IMG/VR virus record: IMGVR_UViG_3300020500_000003
Direction: 5' to 3' (one strand)
Length of the DNA: 64,000 bases
Source: an uncultured virus (IMG/VR IMGVR_UViG_3300020500_000003)
Taxonomy: Duplodnaviria; Heunggongvirae; Uroviricota; Caudoviricetes
The position numbers were made by a program, and so were the translations under genes. Below, piece by piece: positions 19,931 through 28,847 of the stretch (the first letter of the stretch is position 1; each line of letters opens with the position of its first letter). The notes beneath the pieces are model-generated. The model was given only the letters and a program-made list of their open reading frames with translations, was not told the DNA's origin and did not search any database.

Positions 19931-20466
19931 AATGTAAAAAATTAAATGTTAAAAAATAAATGAATAAAATTAATGATAAAAAAAATGAGAAATCCCCAAA
20001 ACTCATTTTACCGAATAATAGAAATAATAGTTTACAACAAATTTAAAACTTAATTTTAAAATGCTCTACTATCAGTCTATCAAAGAACTTATGGATTTTT
20101 TAATACCAACAAGAATATTTAACATAATATGTTTTGTGCTATGCATCTACATATTTAATAGGTTAGCTTTAACCTCGAACTTTATTTTAATTTACTGTTC
20201 TAATTTTGTGTAAAACTAAATGATTCTCAAACGGAGAATAAATATTGACTGAACTTACTGGCATATTGTCTTCATCATATATCTTGGTACAAGAAATTCA
20301 GATTACTAACTCACACAGGCTTGGCAGGATTGATTTATTCATTTGTTATATTATAAAAAAGTTTAGATAGAAATTATTTGTAGCCACATTATACTACCAA
20401 CTATGTATGTAGGGTTGCTCCCACTATGTCTAATTTCGCACTCTAAACTTTTAAGTTTTAAAAAGA

Positions 20467-20567
20467 ATGTAATTACAAAGAGATTTGAACTCTTATTCCT
20501 ATTTTTCAAGGTCTTAACCAATGATTATGAGAACTTCCCTCATAATTCTAAAATGATATAATTACAT
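20467..20567 (-). ncRNA. tRNA-like structure / degenerate tRNA
   Basis: Minus strand has a T-arm AAGAG-TTCAAAT-CTCTT, a D-loop-like TGGTTAAGA, a closing stem ATGTAATTA/TAATTACAT and an extra hairpin ATTATGAG/CTCATAAT; it is not a canonical cloverleaf. Confidence 0.4.
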
Positions 20568-20595
20568 CTTTAAACTGCTGATATACAGCTTGTTG

Positions 20596-21012
20596 TGGAG
20601 TGGCTGGGAATCGAACCCAGGTCTTACTTATTTCGATATTATAATTTTATACAGCTTTAGTAGCAGAACTTTACTTAAACCCTCATCTGGACTACCATTC
20701 AGGGTTACATCTCTTTCAATTCTTCATGTTAGAACAGGGTCAAACTGATTTCTCAATATGACGAATCCACCAGAGCATTTATTTATAAGGGTAACACACA
20801 AAACCCTACTGATGTTTAGGCAGCAACTGCAACATCTTCTCTAATTAAAGAGAAAACCATATTCATATTTGCTTCAACTTGTGCGTTATCTTCTAAAGAC
20901 ACTACACTATTATTTGTGTTTCCAATTACTTGATTTCACCTTAGTTTTAAACAGTTATCTCTCTGTGCTGAATTATAATACTTAACACAAGCAATCAATA
21001 CCAGACCACCCC
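20596..21012 (-). ncRNA. ssrA: tmRNA (phage-encoded)
   Basis: 5' GGGGTGGTCTGGTATTGA and 3' CTGGG-TTCGATT-CCCAG-CCACTCC-A; acceptor stem GGGGTGG/CCACTCC with the G3:U70 Ala identity pair; internal tag ORF ending VAVAA-TAA (stop 20816-20818). CCA is not encoded. Confidence 0.9.
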
Positions 21013-21190
21013 TTTTTTTAAAAAATGCTTGTCTTTCCAAGCTGTCAAGTTATCTTAACTATTGATTTTCCCCTATTTTGGAAATTTATTTTTCCGCCAT
21101 AAACCATTAGGGTTTGGTGTGTGTCCTATCTGCTTACTCCACACATTCACATACACAGATGAATATATTATGAAAATTATTAATGTAATA

Positions 21191-21236
21191 AAAAATACTT
21201 ATATAATAGAACCAAACTTATTATATAAGTATTTTT
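21191..21236 (-). terminator. intrinsic terminator-like hairpin
   Basis: aaaaatacttatataataag-aaccaaa-cttattatataagtattttt. Confidence 0.65.
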
Positions 21237-21942
21237 GTTAGTAAGAAATATGCATCTTTCTTTACCCTGTAATATTTCAATGTTAATCCTGACACATTTC
21301 TCTGATTTCCTTGAATAATTACTAACTGGAGATTGCTGAACTGATGATTCTGTATTTAATGTCTATTAATATCATCTGAAATGAAGACATGGTATTTTAA
21401 AATCTTTTGACCTGCCTTGTGTACAGGTAGTTTCTCTATAAGATTCTCACTAATTCTGAATGAAGAAAGCAAAAGATTTATAAGATAAATTAGTAATATA
21501 ATAAAAGCTGTAACATATTTAATAAACTGATACACTATTCCTAAAATAGAGGTTCTCAATTAACTCCTTACCGAAATTCAAGGTATTTATTATCATTTAC
21601 AATTTAAACATGAAGGACATCTGCTATATTTCATACAGTTGTAAGTTTTTCCTGTGGTAATTTTCCTCATGTACTTTTATTGCCCCACAGACCTGGACAT
21701 TTTTCATTACTAATTTAAAGGATAAATTTCAAGTTTTTATTATACATTAATTAAGCTGTCCTGCCAATTTAGAAGATTGGTGCTATGTCAATGACCTGGA
21801 ATATTATTGAGAGTTTCCAGAACTTTTTTCTCTCTACTTGAAATTTAATTTTTAGAAAAATGAATGAATCAAAACTTTAATTAAAGGATTACATGATTCA
21901 TTCATCTTCTGTTAATAAACCCAACTCTATCAACAATGTTTC

Positions 21943-22152
21943 TTACATAGATTCTAATTTAGCTAAATCATTAGTTAAAATATCTATTTGTTTTTTTCTG
22001 TCAGCTATAAGTATATTTCTCATTTCTATTAGAATATTTGATTGTTCATCAACATCAAATTCTTGTTGCATAAGAAATATAACTTTTTCTGCTTGACTAT
22101 ATGTTTTTTGTGCTTTGGTTGGAGCAAAGAAGTTTTTAATTTTTTCAATCAT
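21943..22152 (-). CDS. small hypothetical protein
   Basis: 69 aa, ATG start with an A-rich leader. Confidence 0.7.
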   Translation of the reverse strand: MIEKIKNFFAPTKAQKTYSQAEKVIFLMQQEFDVDEQSNILIEMRNILIADRKKQIDILTNDLAKLESM

Positions 22153-22220
22153 AAGATTAATTTTTAAAAAGTTATGAAAATAAAGTCCAAAATTAATTGG
22201 ACTTTAAATCATTTGATGTT

Positions 22221-22391
22221 TTAGTAGTGGAGACTTGCTCTTACACCAATTACATTTTGAGAGATTATTCTATTAGTTAAACCATTTTGAATGTATTTAA
22301 CTTCTACTTCTAATCTTTTTCCCATAATGTTTCTTATCTTATTAGAAGAAGCTACTAATCTTCCTACTAATATTCTGTTTCTCTTTGTCAT
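22221..22391 (-). CDS. small basic hypothetical protein (56 aa)
   Basis: Manual translation MTKRNRILVGRLVASSNKIRNIMGKRLEVEVKYIQNGLTNRIISQNVIGVRASLHY*; preceded by an ACCCAACA leader and a repeat-motif copy. Confidence 0.65.
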   Translation of the reverse strand: MTKRNRILVGRLVASSNKIRNIMGKRLEVEVKYIQNGLTNRIISQNVIGVRASLHY

Positions 22392-22482
22392 TGTTAATAA
22401 TTTTATGTTGGGTTAATATTCACACTCTAATGTCCTTGAACTACAATACTCTTAAAAGAGAAACTTTATTGTAATGCTACAA

Positions 22483-22498
22483 ATAAGTGAGGGTTTTG
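22483..22498 (-). promoter_or_regulatory. conserved 16-nt motif CAAAACCCTCACTTAT, candidate phage RNAP early promoter (copy 1)
   Basis: Exact repeat also at 28314, 28832 and 28974; intergenic, directly after a terminator-like hairpin. Confidence 0.6.
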
Positions 22499-22515
22499 AA
22501 ATAGGGTTATATAAT

Positions 22516-22549
22516 AAAAAAACATAAAGTAATATACCTTATGTTTTTT
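22516..22549 (-). terminator. terminator-like hairpin after the lipoprotein genes
   Basis: aaaaaacataa...ttatgtttttt inverted repeat just downstream of the stop at 22556. Confidence 0.55.
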
Positions 22550-22555
22550 ATATTT

Positions 22556-23122
22556 TTAATTTATTTTGTCCATTAAGACTTTTAAACTTGCTTGGTCCTT
22601 AACAGATATAATAGTTAATCTATTAACAGGATTTCTAAATGATAATGGAACAGTAGATACAACATATTTCATATTATGTTCTATATAAATATCTTCTGGT
22701 GTAAAACCAAATACTGCATCACCATTTGTACCATAACTACCATCTTCAGCAGGACTTGGTAAGACTGAATATGACCCAGCTTCATAAGAAGAATTTTTTA
22801 TAATTTGTTCAGTATTAGTTAATTGTGAATTAACAGAACTAATTTTATTAACTTGGTAATATCCAATTGGGTCTTGAACTCCTTCAATAAAAATATACAT
22901 ATAAAACATTACTGTTCTATCATTCTGAAGTTTGAATCTCTTAATAAGATTATCTCTTTCTAATGACCATGTAATTCTTGGAGCTGGTTGAACTTGATTC
23001 AATTGTTGTTGATTTACTTCAGTTTGAGCTTGTTCATGTAAAGCTGATTTATTATTTCTTCCTTGTTGTTCACAAGAAAATAATAAAAATGTTAATGCTA
23101 ATATTAAAAATATCTTTTTCAT
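22556..23122 (-). CDS. putative lipoprotein
   Basis: Lipobox signal MKKIFLILALTFLLFSC. Confidence 0.8.
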   Translation of the reverse strand: MKKIFLILALTFLLFSCEQQGRNNKSALHEQAQTEVNQQQLNQVQPAPRITWSLERDNLIKRFKLQNDRTVMFYMYIFIEGVQDPIGYYQVNKISSVNSQLTNTEQIIKNSSYEAGSYSVLPSPAEDGSYGTNGDAVFGFTPEDIYIEHNMKYVVSTVPLSFRNPVNRLTIISVKDQASLKVLMDKIN

Positions 23123-23127
23123 AATTT

Positions 23128-23514
23128 TTATTTGTTATAGTTAGAAAATTGATTTACATCTAATTGATATGGTAGTTCATTGGATTTCCATAAACTTCTT
23201 CCCCACATTTTAGATTTACCATTATAAACCTCTACCCAATGATTTAATTGAGTTTTTATAGTATTAACTCTTTGAGTTTTACTAAATTGTTCAAACATTT
23301 TATCAGTTTCAGGTAAACTTTGCATATTACCTAAATCAGTATTCAATTTTGAACAAGTATTGAATATCTCTTGATATTCTTCATAAACAATGGTTGCATC
23401 ATCTATGTGTGTAGCTTTTACACCTTGATTACAGCTTCTTACTGATAATCCAATTAAAAAGGATAATGATAATATAACTACCAATACTCCAAAAACTTTT
23501 AAGACTTCTTTCAT
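23128..23514 (-). CDS. membrane-anchored protein
   Basis: N-terminal hydrophobic helix followed by RSC. Confidence 0.75.
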   Translation of the reverse strand: MKEVLKVFGVLVVILSLSFLIGLSVRSCNQGVKATHIDDATIVYEEYQEIFNTCSKLNTDLGNMQSLPETDKMFEQFSKTQRVNTIKTQLNHWVEVYNGKSKMWGRSLWKSNELPYQLDVNQFSNYNK

Positions 23515-23541
23515 AATTATTTATTTAATTTTAATATTTTT

Positions 23542-24048
23542 TTAAAATTGCCACTCACTTTTTGTTATAGTATAAGTGTTTGTTTGAGTATTATATAACA
23601 ATGTACCATCATAAATAGTATCAATACAAATAAACAATTGGAAAGTTTGAGTATGTGTTTTATTTAAAACTACTTCTCCAGTTTGAACATTTATTATTTT
23701 AATTGTTACATATTGAACAGCTATACCTTTACCTGAATTTGCATTAGCATTATTGAATGCTGGTAATTTAAGTTTAACTCCAATAACATTACCACTTAAT
23801 ACTTTTTCATAATCAATTTGAGAAGGATTACTTCCTGTATTAGTAAATGTTTCTATATTGTTGTCAGATATAAATTGAGTATCAACAATATAAGGACTTG
23901 TAATTGTATTACAGTTATTGGTTGTAATACTTGCTGAAACAATTACTTTGAATTGATTTTCAGAAGAGGTTCTTGCAACTTCATCTGTTGAACAAGAGAA
24001 TATTACTAAACTTACTAAAGTTAGTAATAAAAATTTAAGATTTTTCAT
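23542..24048 (-). CDS. putative lipoprotein
   Basis: MKNLKFLLLTLVSLVIFSC-STDE is a Bacteroidota-type lipoprotein signal with acidic residues after the Cys. Confidence 0.8.
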   Translation of the reverse strand: MKNLKFLLLTLVSLVIFSCSTDEVARTSSENQFKVIVSASITTNNCNTITSPYIVDTQFISDNNIETFTNTGSNPSQIDYEKVLSGNVIGVKLKLPAFNNANANSGKGIAVQYVTIKIINVQTGEVVLNKTHTQTFQLFICIDTIYDGTLLYNTQTNTYTITKSEWQF

Positions 24049-24059
24049 CTGTGTTATTT

Positions 24060-24308
24060 TTAAGGTTTATAATTTTGATTTTTAAATAATTTTATTCTGA
24101 TAGAATAAGGATTATTTATTAATGAAGATTCATGCTCTAACAAAAGTTCATTAATATTTTTTGGTTCTTTATTATGTTCATCAAGCTCTTCCATCATGGT
24201 TTCCCAAGTTTCATGTTTTTTAAGAGTTCTTAATAATTCAGAATTTTTACCATGTATGACATCTATAATGTCATCATCACTATATATTACTACAGTTTCA
24301 AAGTTCAT
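24060..24308 (-). CDS. hypothetical protein
   Basis: 82 aa ORF. Confidence 0.65.
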   Translation of the reverse strand: MNFETVVIYSDDDIIDVIHGKNSELLRTLKKHETWETMMEELDEHNKEPKNINELLLEHESSLINNPYSIRIKLFKNQNYKP

Positions 24309-24326
24309 AATGTTTGTAAGGATTTG

Positions 24327-24740
24327 TTAATTACCAGCATCTAAAGAAGGTAATGGAATTATAACTAATTTAAGTGCTTCTTGAAGTCCAATTTCTAATA
24401 CTTCTTCATATTTTCCTTGAATAGGAGAATTATGTGAAGCTATATTGTTCAACCATATATTTTCATCAACAATAAAACACCAGACATTAATATTATGAAC
24501 TTCTCTTAACCACTTTTGCAATTGGCTTTGGGTAGGTGCTGATACATATTGTCTATATTTATCTTGAAAACAAGAATGATTCCAATTAGATATTCCACCA
24601 AATCTTCTTTCTCCCTGATTTAATATTGTACCCATTTCAGGATGTTCCCAATTAATAAATTGGTATTTATCTTGAGTTGATATATCAAATCCTTTATCTT
24701 TAGCTAATTTAGCTGTTAGATATGATACTAATTCTTCCAT
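24327..24740 (-). CDS. hypothetical Bacteroidota-phage protein
   Basis: LVSYLTAKLAKDKGFD...SAPTQSQLQKWLREVHNI...YEEVLEIGLQEALKL resembles a recurrent Bacteroidota phage family (from memory). Confidence 0.75.
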   Translation of the reverse strand: MEELVSYLTAKLAKDKGFDISTQDKYQFINWEHPEMGTILNQGERRFGGISNWNHSCFQDKYRQYVSAPTQSQLQKWLREVHNINVWCFIVDENIWLNNIASHNSPIQGKYEEVLEIGLQEALKLVIIPLPSLDAGN

Positions 24741-24899
24741 TTTAAAAAGTTGTTAATAAGTATTTTTATATTGATATGAAAATACTTGATTGTTAATTTT
24801 ATTTCTTATAACTTTGCTCACGAAGTTCTTCTTCGCTGCCATGCAGACAAGAAACAAAACTTCATCACTCTGTGAAAGACCTATAACTATGAAGTTTCT

Positions 24900-25499
24900 T
24901 TAAATATTTGGTTCTTTGTTCTTCAAAAAGTAAATTTCTTCAATTTCTTTTACATCAAATTCTGTTAGATTAAACCATTCTCCTCTTATTCTTTTATGTT
25001 TATATTTTTTATGTAAATAATTTTCTATATCTACATCACAAGTATAAATTAAAGTAATATTTGGTTGTTCAGCTTTTAAAGTTTTTTCTCTATTTAGAGG
25101 ATTTATACTTCTTCCTATTTTATAATAACCTGTTTGGTTATCTAAAATCAAATATGTTTTTTTACTATCAAAAGATTTTTCAAATTCTTTATGATGTGGT
25201 AATGGTTTTAATAATTTCTTATTTCTTACAGCTTTGAATTTAAAACTAATAAATGTGGCTAATGTAAAAGCAACAGTTTTACCTGTTTTAGTATAAATAT
25301 CATTTGGTGTTTTATCAATTAGTTCTTCAAGTTCTTTTATTACACTATTGATTTCATTAATATGAAAAAAATGAATGCAAATTCTCTCTCCAACAGAATT
25401 AATACATAATACTTTATGATAATCTAAACTTTTTAAATATCTTCTTTCATCAAGAGAAAGTAATTTTCTTCTTCTTAATTCTGCTAATGTTATAGTCAT
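24900..25499 (-). CDS. GIY-YIG-superfamily (T5orf172/MUG113) domain protein
   Basis: TYLILDNQTGYYKIGRSINPLNRE...ENYLHKKYKHKRIRGEWF; likely ATG at 25499. Confidence 0.8.
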   Translation of the reverse strand: MTITLAELRRRKLLSLDERRYLKSLDYHKVLCINSVGERICIHFFHINEINSVIKELEELIDKTPNDIYTKTGKTVAFTLATFISFKFKAVRNKKLLKPLPHHKEFEKSFDSKKTYLILDNQTGYYKIGRSINPLNREKTLKAEQPNITLIYTCDVDIENYLHKKYKHKRIRGEWFNLTEFDVKEIEEIYFLKNKEPNI

Positions 25500-25516
25500 A
25501 TTTATTTGTTTTAAAT

Positions 25517-25867
25517 TTAAGAACTCAATCTTTCTACTAACCAATTTCCTAAATTTTCTTGAATTTCAGAAGCTCTATTAGTATTAAATTGATAATTTGA
25601 AGTTAAATTACTCCATCCTCTAATCATAATGAATCTTTCTCCATGATTTCTTGTAATAATAGAAGTTGATGGATAATAATTTATAGGATTATAATCAGGT
25701 ATTTCTTCTGTATCTTTATTTATAGCATTTAATCTATATAATATCTTACCTTGTTCTTCTCTTGACACATTAATAAATTCAAAAGCAATATTTCCTTTCA
25801 TATCATATACTTTTGAATCATAATCAAGTGTATGGAATGGTCTAACATAAAAATCTGGTTCTTTCAT
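25517..25867 (-). CDS. hypothetical protein
   Basis: 116 aa ORF. Confidence 0.75.
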   Translation of the reverse strand: MKEPDFYVRPFHTLDYDSKVYDMKGNIAFEFINVSREEQGKILYRLNAINKDTEEIPDYNPINYYPSTSIITRNHGERFIMIRGWSNLTSNYQFNTNRASEIQENLGNWLVERLSS

Positions 25868-26206
25868 AATTAAATGATTAAATTAAAAATTCAATAGTAG
25901 TTTGAAGAGTAATTCTAATAGGAATTGTACATTCTATTTATTACTCTTCATTTTCTACTATCATTACAAGAGTTAATTAAGCCACTCTATAAAGCTATGA
26001 TAAAAAAATATAATAGGAAAGTGATTTCAACTTTCTTCGTAGTGTATTCCTTCATTTATGCCTGTACAAACAATAAATTGAGTAATGCTCACAACTATTC
26101 ACTACTACAGCATTTCTACATCTTATGATGAATCTATTATATTAAAAATATTAGGCTTACCAACAGCAAGAATTACAAATATCTTGTGATACCAACTAAC
26201 ATTTTA

Positions 26207-26524
26207 TTATTTTACAATTATATTATAATCTCTTGCCATTATTTTGATAACATTTTTAATGTTTAATGCAGAGATATAAATACAATGTGGTTTTTTAGTA
26301 ATTTTCTTTTGAGCAACAATATTACCTTTCATGGCATCTTCAAATTTTACTGCTGGTAATTCATCAAAGATAGCTTTTTCAATAGTTTGCTTCTCTAAAT
26401 TTACTTCAAATAGAGTATGATTCTTTTGAGGTCTCATTCTTCCCTCTAATACAGTTTGAATTTCCTGAACTTGTTGTTTAGTAATTTCAATCTTATCTGG
26501 CTTTTTTTCTTCTAATTCTTTCAT
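26207..26524 (-). CDS. hypothetical protein
   Basis: 105 aa ORF with an ACCCAACA leader. Confidence 0.75.
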   Translation of the reverse strand: MKELEEKKPDKIEITKQQVQEIQTVLEGRMRPQKNHTLFEVNLEKQTIEKAIFDELPAVKFEDAMKGNIVAQKKITKKPHCIYISALNIKNVIKIMARDYNIIVK

Positions 26525-26807
26525 GTTAAATGATTTTGTTGGGTTAATAAAAAATACATTATAAGATTTACTTTAAATATAAGACTTCTATCTATTATAC
26601 TTGTTTCAAAGGTTCATAATATTACATAAAGCAGGAATGTAATACTAACTCATAATGTATTTAATAATGAATACAGGCATAGCTACATCATAAATTATAA
26701 ATAATTTACAGTCTGAAAGTCATCATATTCATATAAGATAGAACAATCTATTCTTTATGGTTTGAATAGTTAGAGATACCACAATATTACTCTGTTGTTC
26801 TATTATT

Positions 26808-27050
26808 TTATTCTGTTTTAGTATATTTATCATAAGGACCAATATATATTGTATCTCCTTTAGTCATTTCTAAAGTAATCAATGAATTATCTGTTGGTAT
26901 AGATTCTTCATCATCATTCCAAATGAAAGTTGTTTGTTGTCTTTCATTTAATTTATTTTCAAGTTTAGTATAACCTCTATATAATTGAACATTAAGGATT
27001 ATAGATACTATAAATATAAATGCTATTGTAAATTGAATTGTTGATTTCAT
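26808..27050 (-). CDS. small membrane-anchored protein
   Basis: N-terminal transmembrane helix; ACCCAACA leader. Confidence 0.7.
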   Translation of the reverse strand: MKSTIQFTIAFIFIVSIILNVQLYRGYTKLENKLNERQQTTFIWNDDEESIPTDNSLITLEMTKGDTIYIGPYDKYTKTE

Positions 27051-27061
27051 TTTGTTGGGTT

Positions 27062-27364
27062 TTAGAACAAATTATTAATTATCCATTTTAATCCTGGTTT
27101 AATCCATTTATTTTCTTTTCTAATAAGTAATTTATTAGCTTTAGGAAAATAATCTAATATACCAAAATCTTGTGTTGTAATGGTATATTTGTGGTCTTGT
27201 GATATTACATCATATTTGATTGATAATGGTTCTAACCATCCATCAATAAATTTTTCACTTCTTGTTTCTCTTAATGCTTTACACAATAGAGAAAAAGATT
27301 TAAAGTCATTGTCTTCTAATTGTGATAATGACTTTAGTTTTTCCGATTCTTTTACAGATTCCAT
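27062..27364 (-). CDS. hypothetical protein
   Basis: 100 aa ORF. Confidence 0.7.
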   Translation of the reverse strand: MESVKESEKLKSLSQLEDNDFKSFSLLCKALRETRSEKFIDGWLEPLSIKYDVISQDHKYTITTQDFGILDYFPKANKLLIRKENKWIKPGLKWIINNLF

Positions 27365-27438
27365 ACAATATAATATAATGTAGTGAATATTAAAAATGTA
27401 TATAAATAATACATTCCTACTGATGCTTGTCTTTTCAT
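27352..27438 (-). CDS. 28 aa hydrophobic micropeptide
   Basis: MKRQASVGMYYLYTFLIFTTLYYIVWNL*; its ACCCAACATT-ATG leader is identical to that of 28508..28771. Confidence 0.55.
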   Translation of the reverse strand: MKRQASVGMYYLYTFLIFTTLYYIVWNL

Positions 27439-27457
27439 AATGTTGGGTATTAATGAA

Positions 27458-27742
27458 TTAATTTTTTAATGATTTCTTATATCTGATTTTAGCTGCTTGT
27501 TCAGCATCTTTATTAATCAGTCTTAAATTGTTTATATGAGTATATACAATTCTTTTAGTTTTTGGTGTTTGTAATATAGCTTGATTGTTATTACTAATAC
27601 CAATTAATATCCATACCATAGCAGAACTTGATGCCCAAGTACAATGATATTTTTGACCTATTTTAAGTTCTTTTGGAACTTTATCTGATTCTTGTAATGG
27701 AAGATAAGGTATATCTTTTAGCCAATTTTCTGGATATGACAT
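27458..27742 (-). CDS. hypothetical protein (SH3-like beta pattern)
   Basis: 94 aa; LKIGQKYHCTW...VWILIGI. Confidence 0.7.
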   Translation of the reverse strand: MSYPENWLKDIPYLPLQESDKVPKELKIGQKYHCTWASSSAMVWILIGISNNNQAILQTPKTKRIVYTHINNLRLINKDAEQAAKIRYKKSLKN

Positions 27743-28313
27743 AGTGATAGAATTTAAAGTTAAAAAAAAGAGTATCTCACAACTATTATAGGCTTTTATT
27801 TAGGTTGTGAATCTTATGTGTTCCAGCTTCAAGGATAATACTCTTTTATGTTTTTATATAAACTACCTATTCTATCATAATACTGTTCTCAAGCAATATT
27901 ATGATAGAAAATAACAATGTTCAGTTATTATTTGTCAGTAGTGAGATTATTAAATAATTAAGTTTTAGCTATTAAGATAATTGTTGTGAAATAGAGTGAA
28001 ATTAAAAAGAGTTCAAAAGAGGTTGTAAGGTGCTATGCCACGCTATCATTGAGTTCTATGCAATACCAAATACTATTTTCAAACTAATTTACAATCTTCT
28101 ATTTAAGTTTCTATTCATTTTACTATGAAAGTTATATGGAACACAATTAAAACACATTTTAAATGTTAATTTACTCTGCGTATTAGTCTCTTAAATAGAA
28201 AACAAACTCTTAATTATGATTTCAATATCATATTATGTTCATAAGAGTTTGTTTATTGTGCCTTCTTATAGTGCCATACAACACCTATTACACTATCCTG
28301 TGCAACTCTAATG

Positions 28314-28329
28314 ATAAGTGAGGGTTTTG
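28314..28329 (-). promoter_or_regulatory. CAAAACCCTCACTTAT motif (copy 2)
   Basis: Exact repeat, intergenic. Confidence 0.6.
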
Positions 28330-28507
28330 AAACAGTATAAGAGATAAAAAAAAGAAAGTATCAAACATAATCAATTTAAGTTTAATCATATTTGTAATAT
28401 ATAAATGTTCAAATAAAATTGAACTTGAAAACGGAACACAGTTTAAAGGAGAAAAAAAATAACTGCATACCTACTCCTTAATGGAAGCAAGTATGCAGTA
28501 TCTTTAT

Positions 28508-28771
28508 CTACAATGTGAATAACACATTATCAGCAGATGGTTTGATGTTAGTAAGACAACCATTTTCATAGTCATCTCCATCTACAAGAACTTTCATTTC
28601 TTTAGAGCCATCAATGTCTTGCTGACATTTGAAATTGGTAGAACCAATGCTCAAGAATAGTTTTCCTGTATTAGGATTTTTTACAACTTGTGCTTTTTCA
28701 GATGATAAAGCAACTCTTTCTTTAAATTCAGCAATTGTGTAGAATTTGATGTTGTTAGCTGTTGTACTCAT
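28508..28771 (-). CDS. hypothetical early protein (first gene of the minus arm)
   Basis: 87 aa; downstream of three motif copies and followed by a hairpin at about 28462-28499. Confidence 0.8.
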   Translation of the reverse strand: MSTTANNIKFYTIAEFKERVALSSEKAQVVKNPNTGKLFLSIGSTNFKCQQDIDGSKEMKVLVDGDDYENGCLTNIKPSADNVLFTL

Positions 28772-28831
28772 AATGTTGGGTAAGTATTATAATCCACTCC
28801 TGGCTTTAAAATGTTAGCATTATTGCTATTA

Positions 28832-28847
28832 ATAAGTGAGGGTTTTG
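28832..28847 (-). promoter_or_regulatory. CAAAACCCTCACTTAT motif (copy 3)
   Basis: Exact repeat about 60 nt upstream of ATG 28771. Confidence 0.6.

Noticed and set aside
21356..21720. ORF 21356..21559 and a 25-aa Cys-rich micro-ORF (MRKITTGKTYNCMKYSRCPSCLNCK)
   Set aside because: Non-ATG start or very short, with no leader motif; cannot be distinguished from chance.
24900..25499. GIY-YIG ORF as a mobile intron-homing element
   Set aside because: It is free-standing with no interrupted host gene; the T5orf172 type is common in phages.
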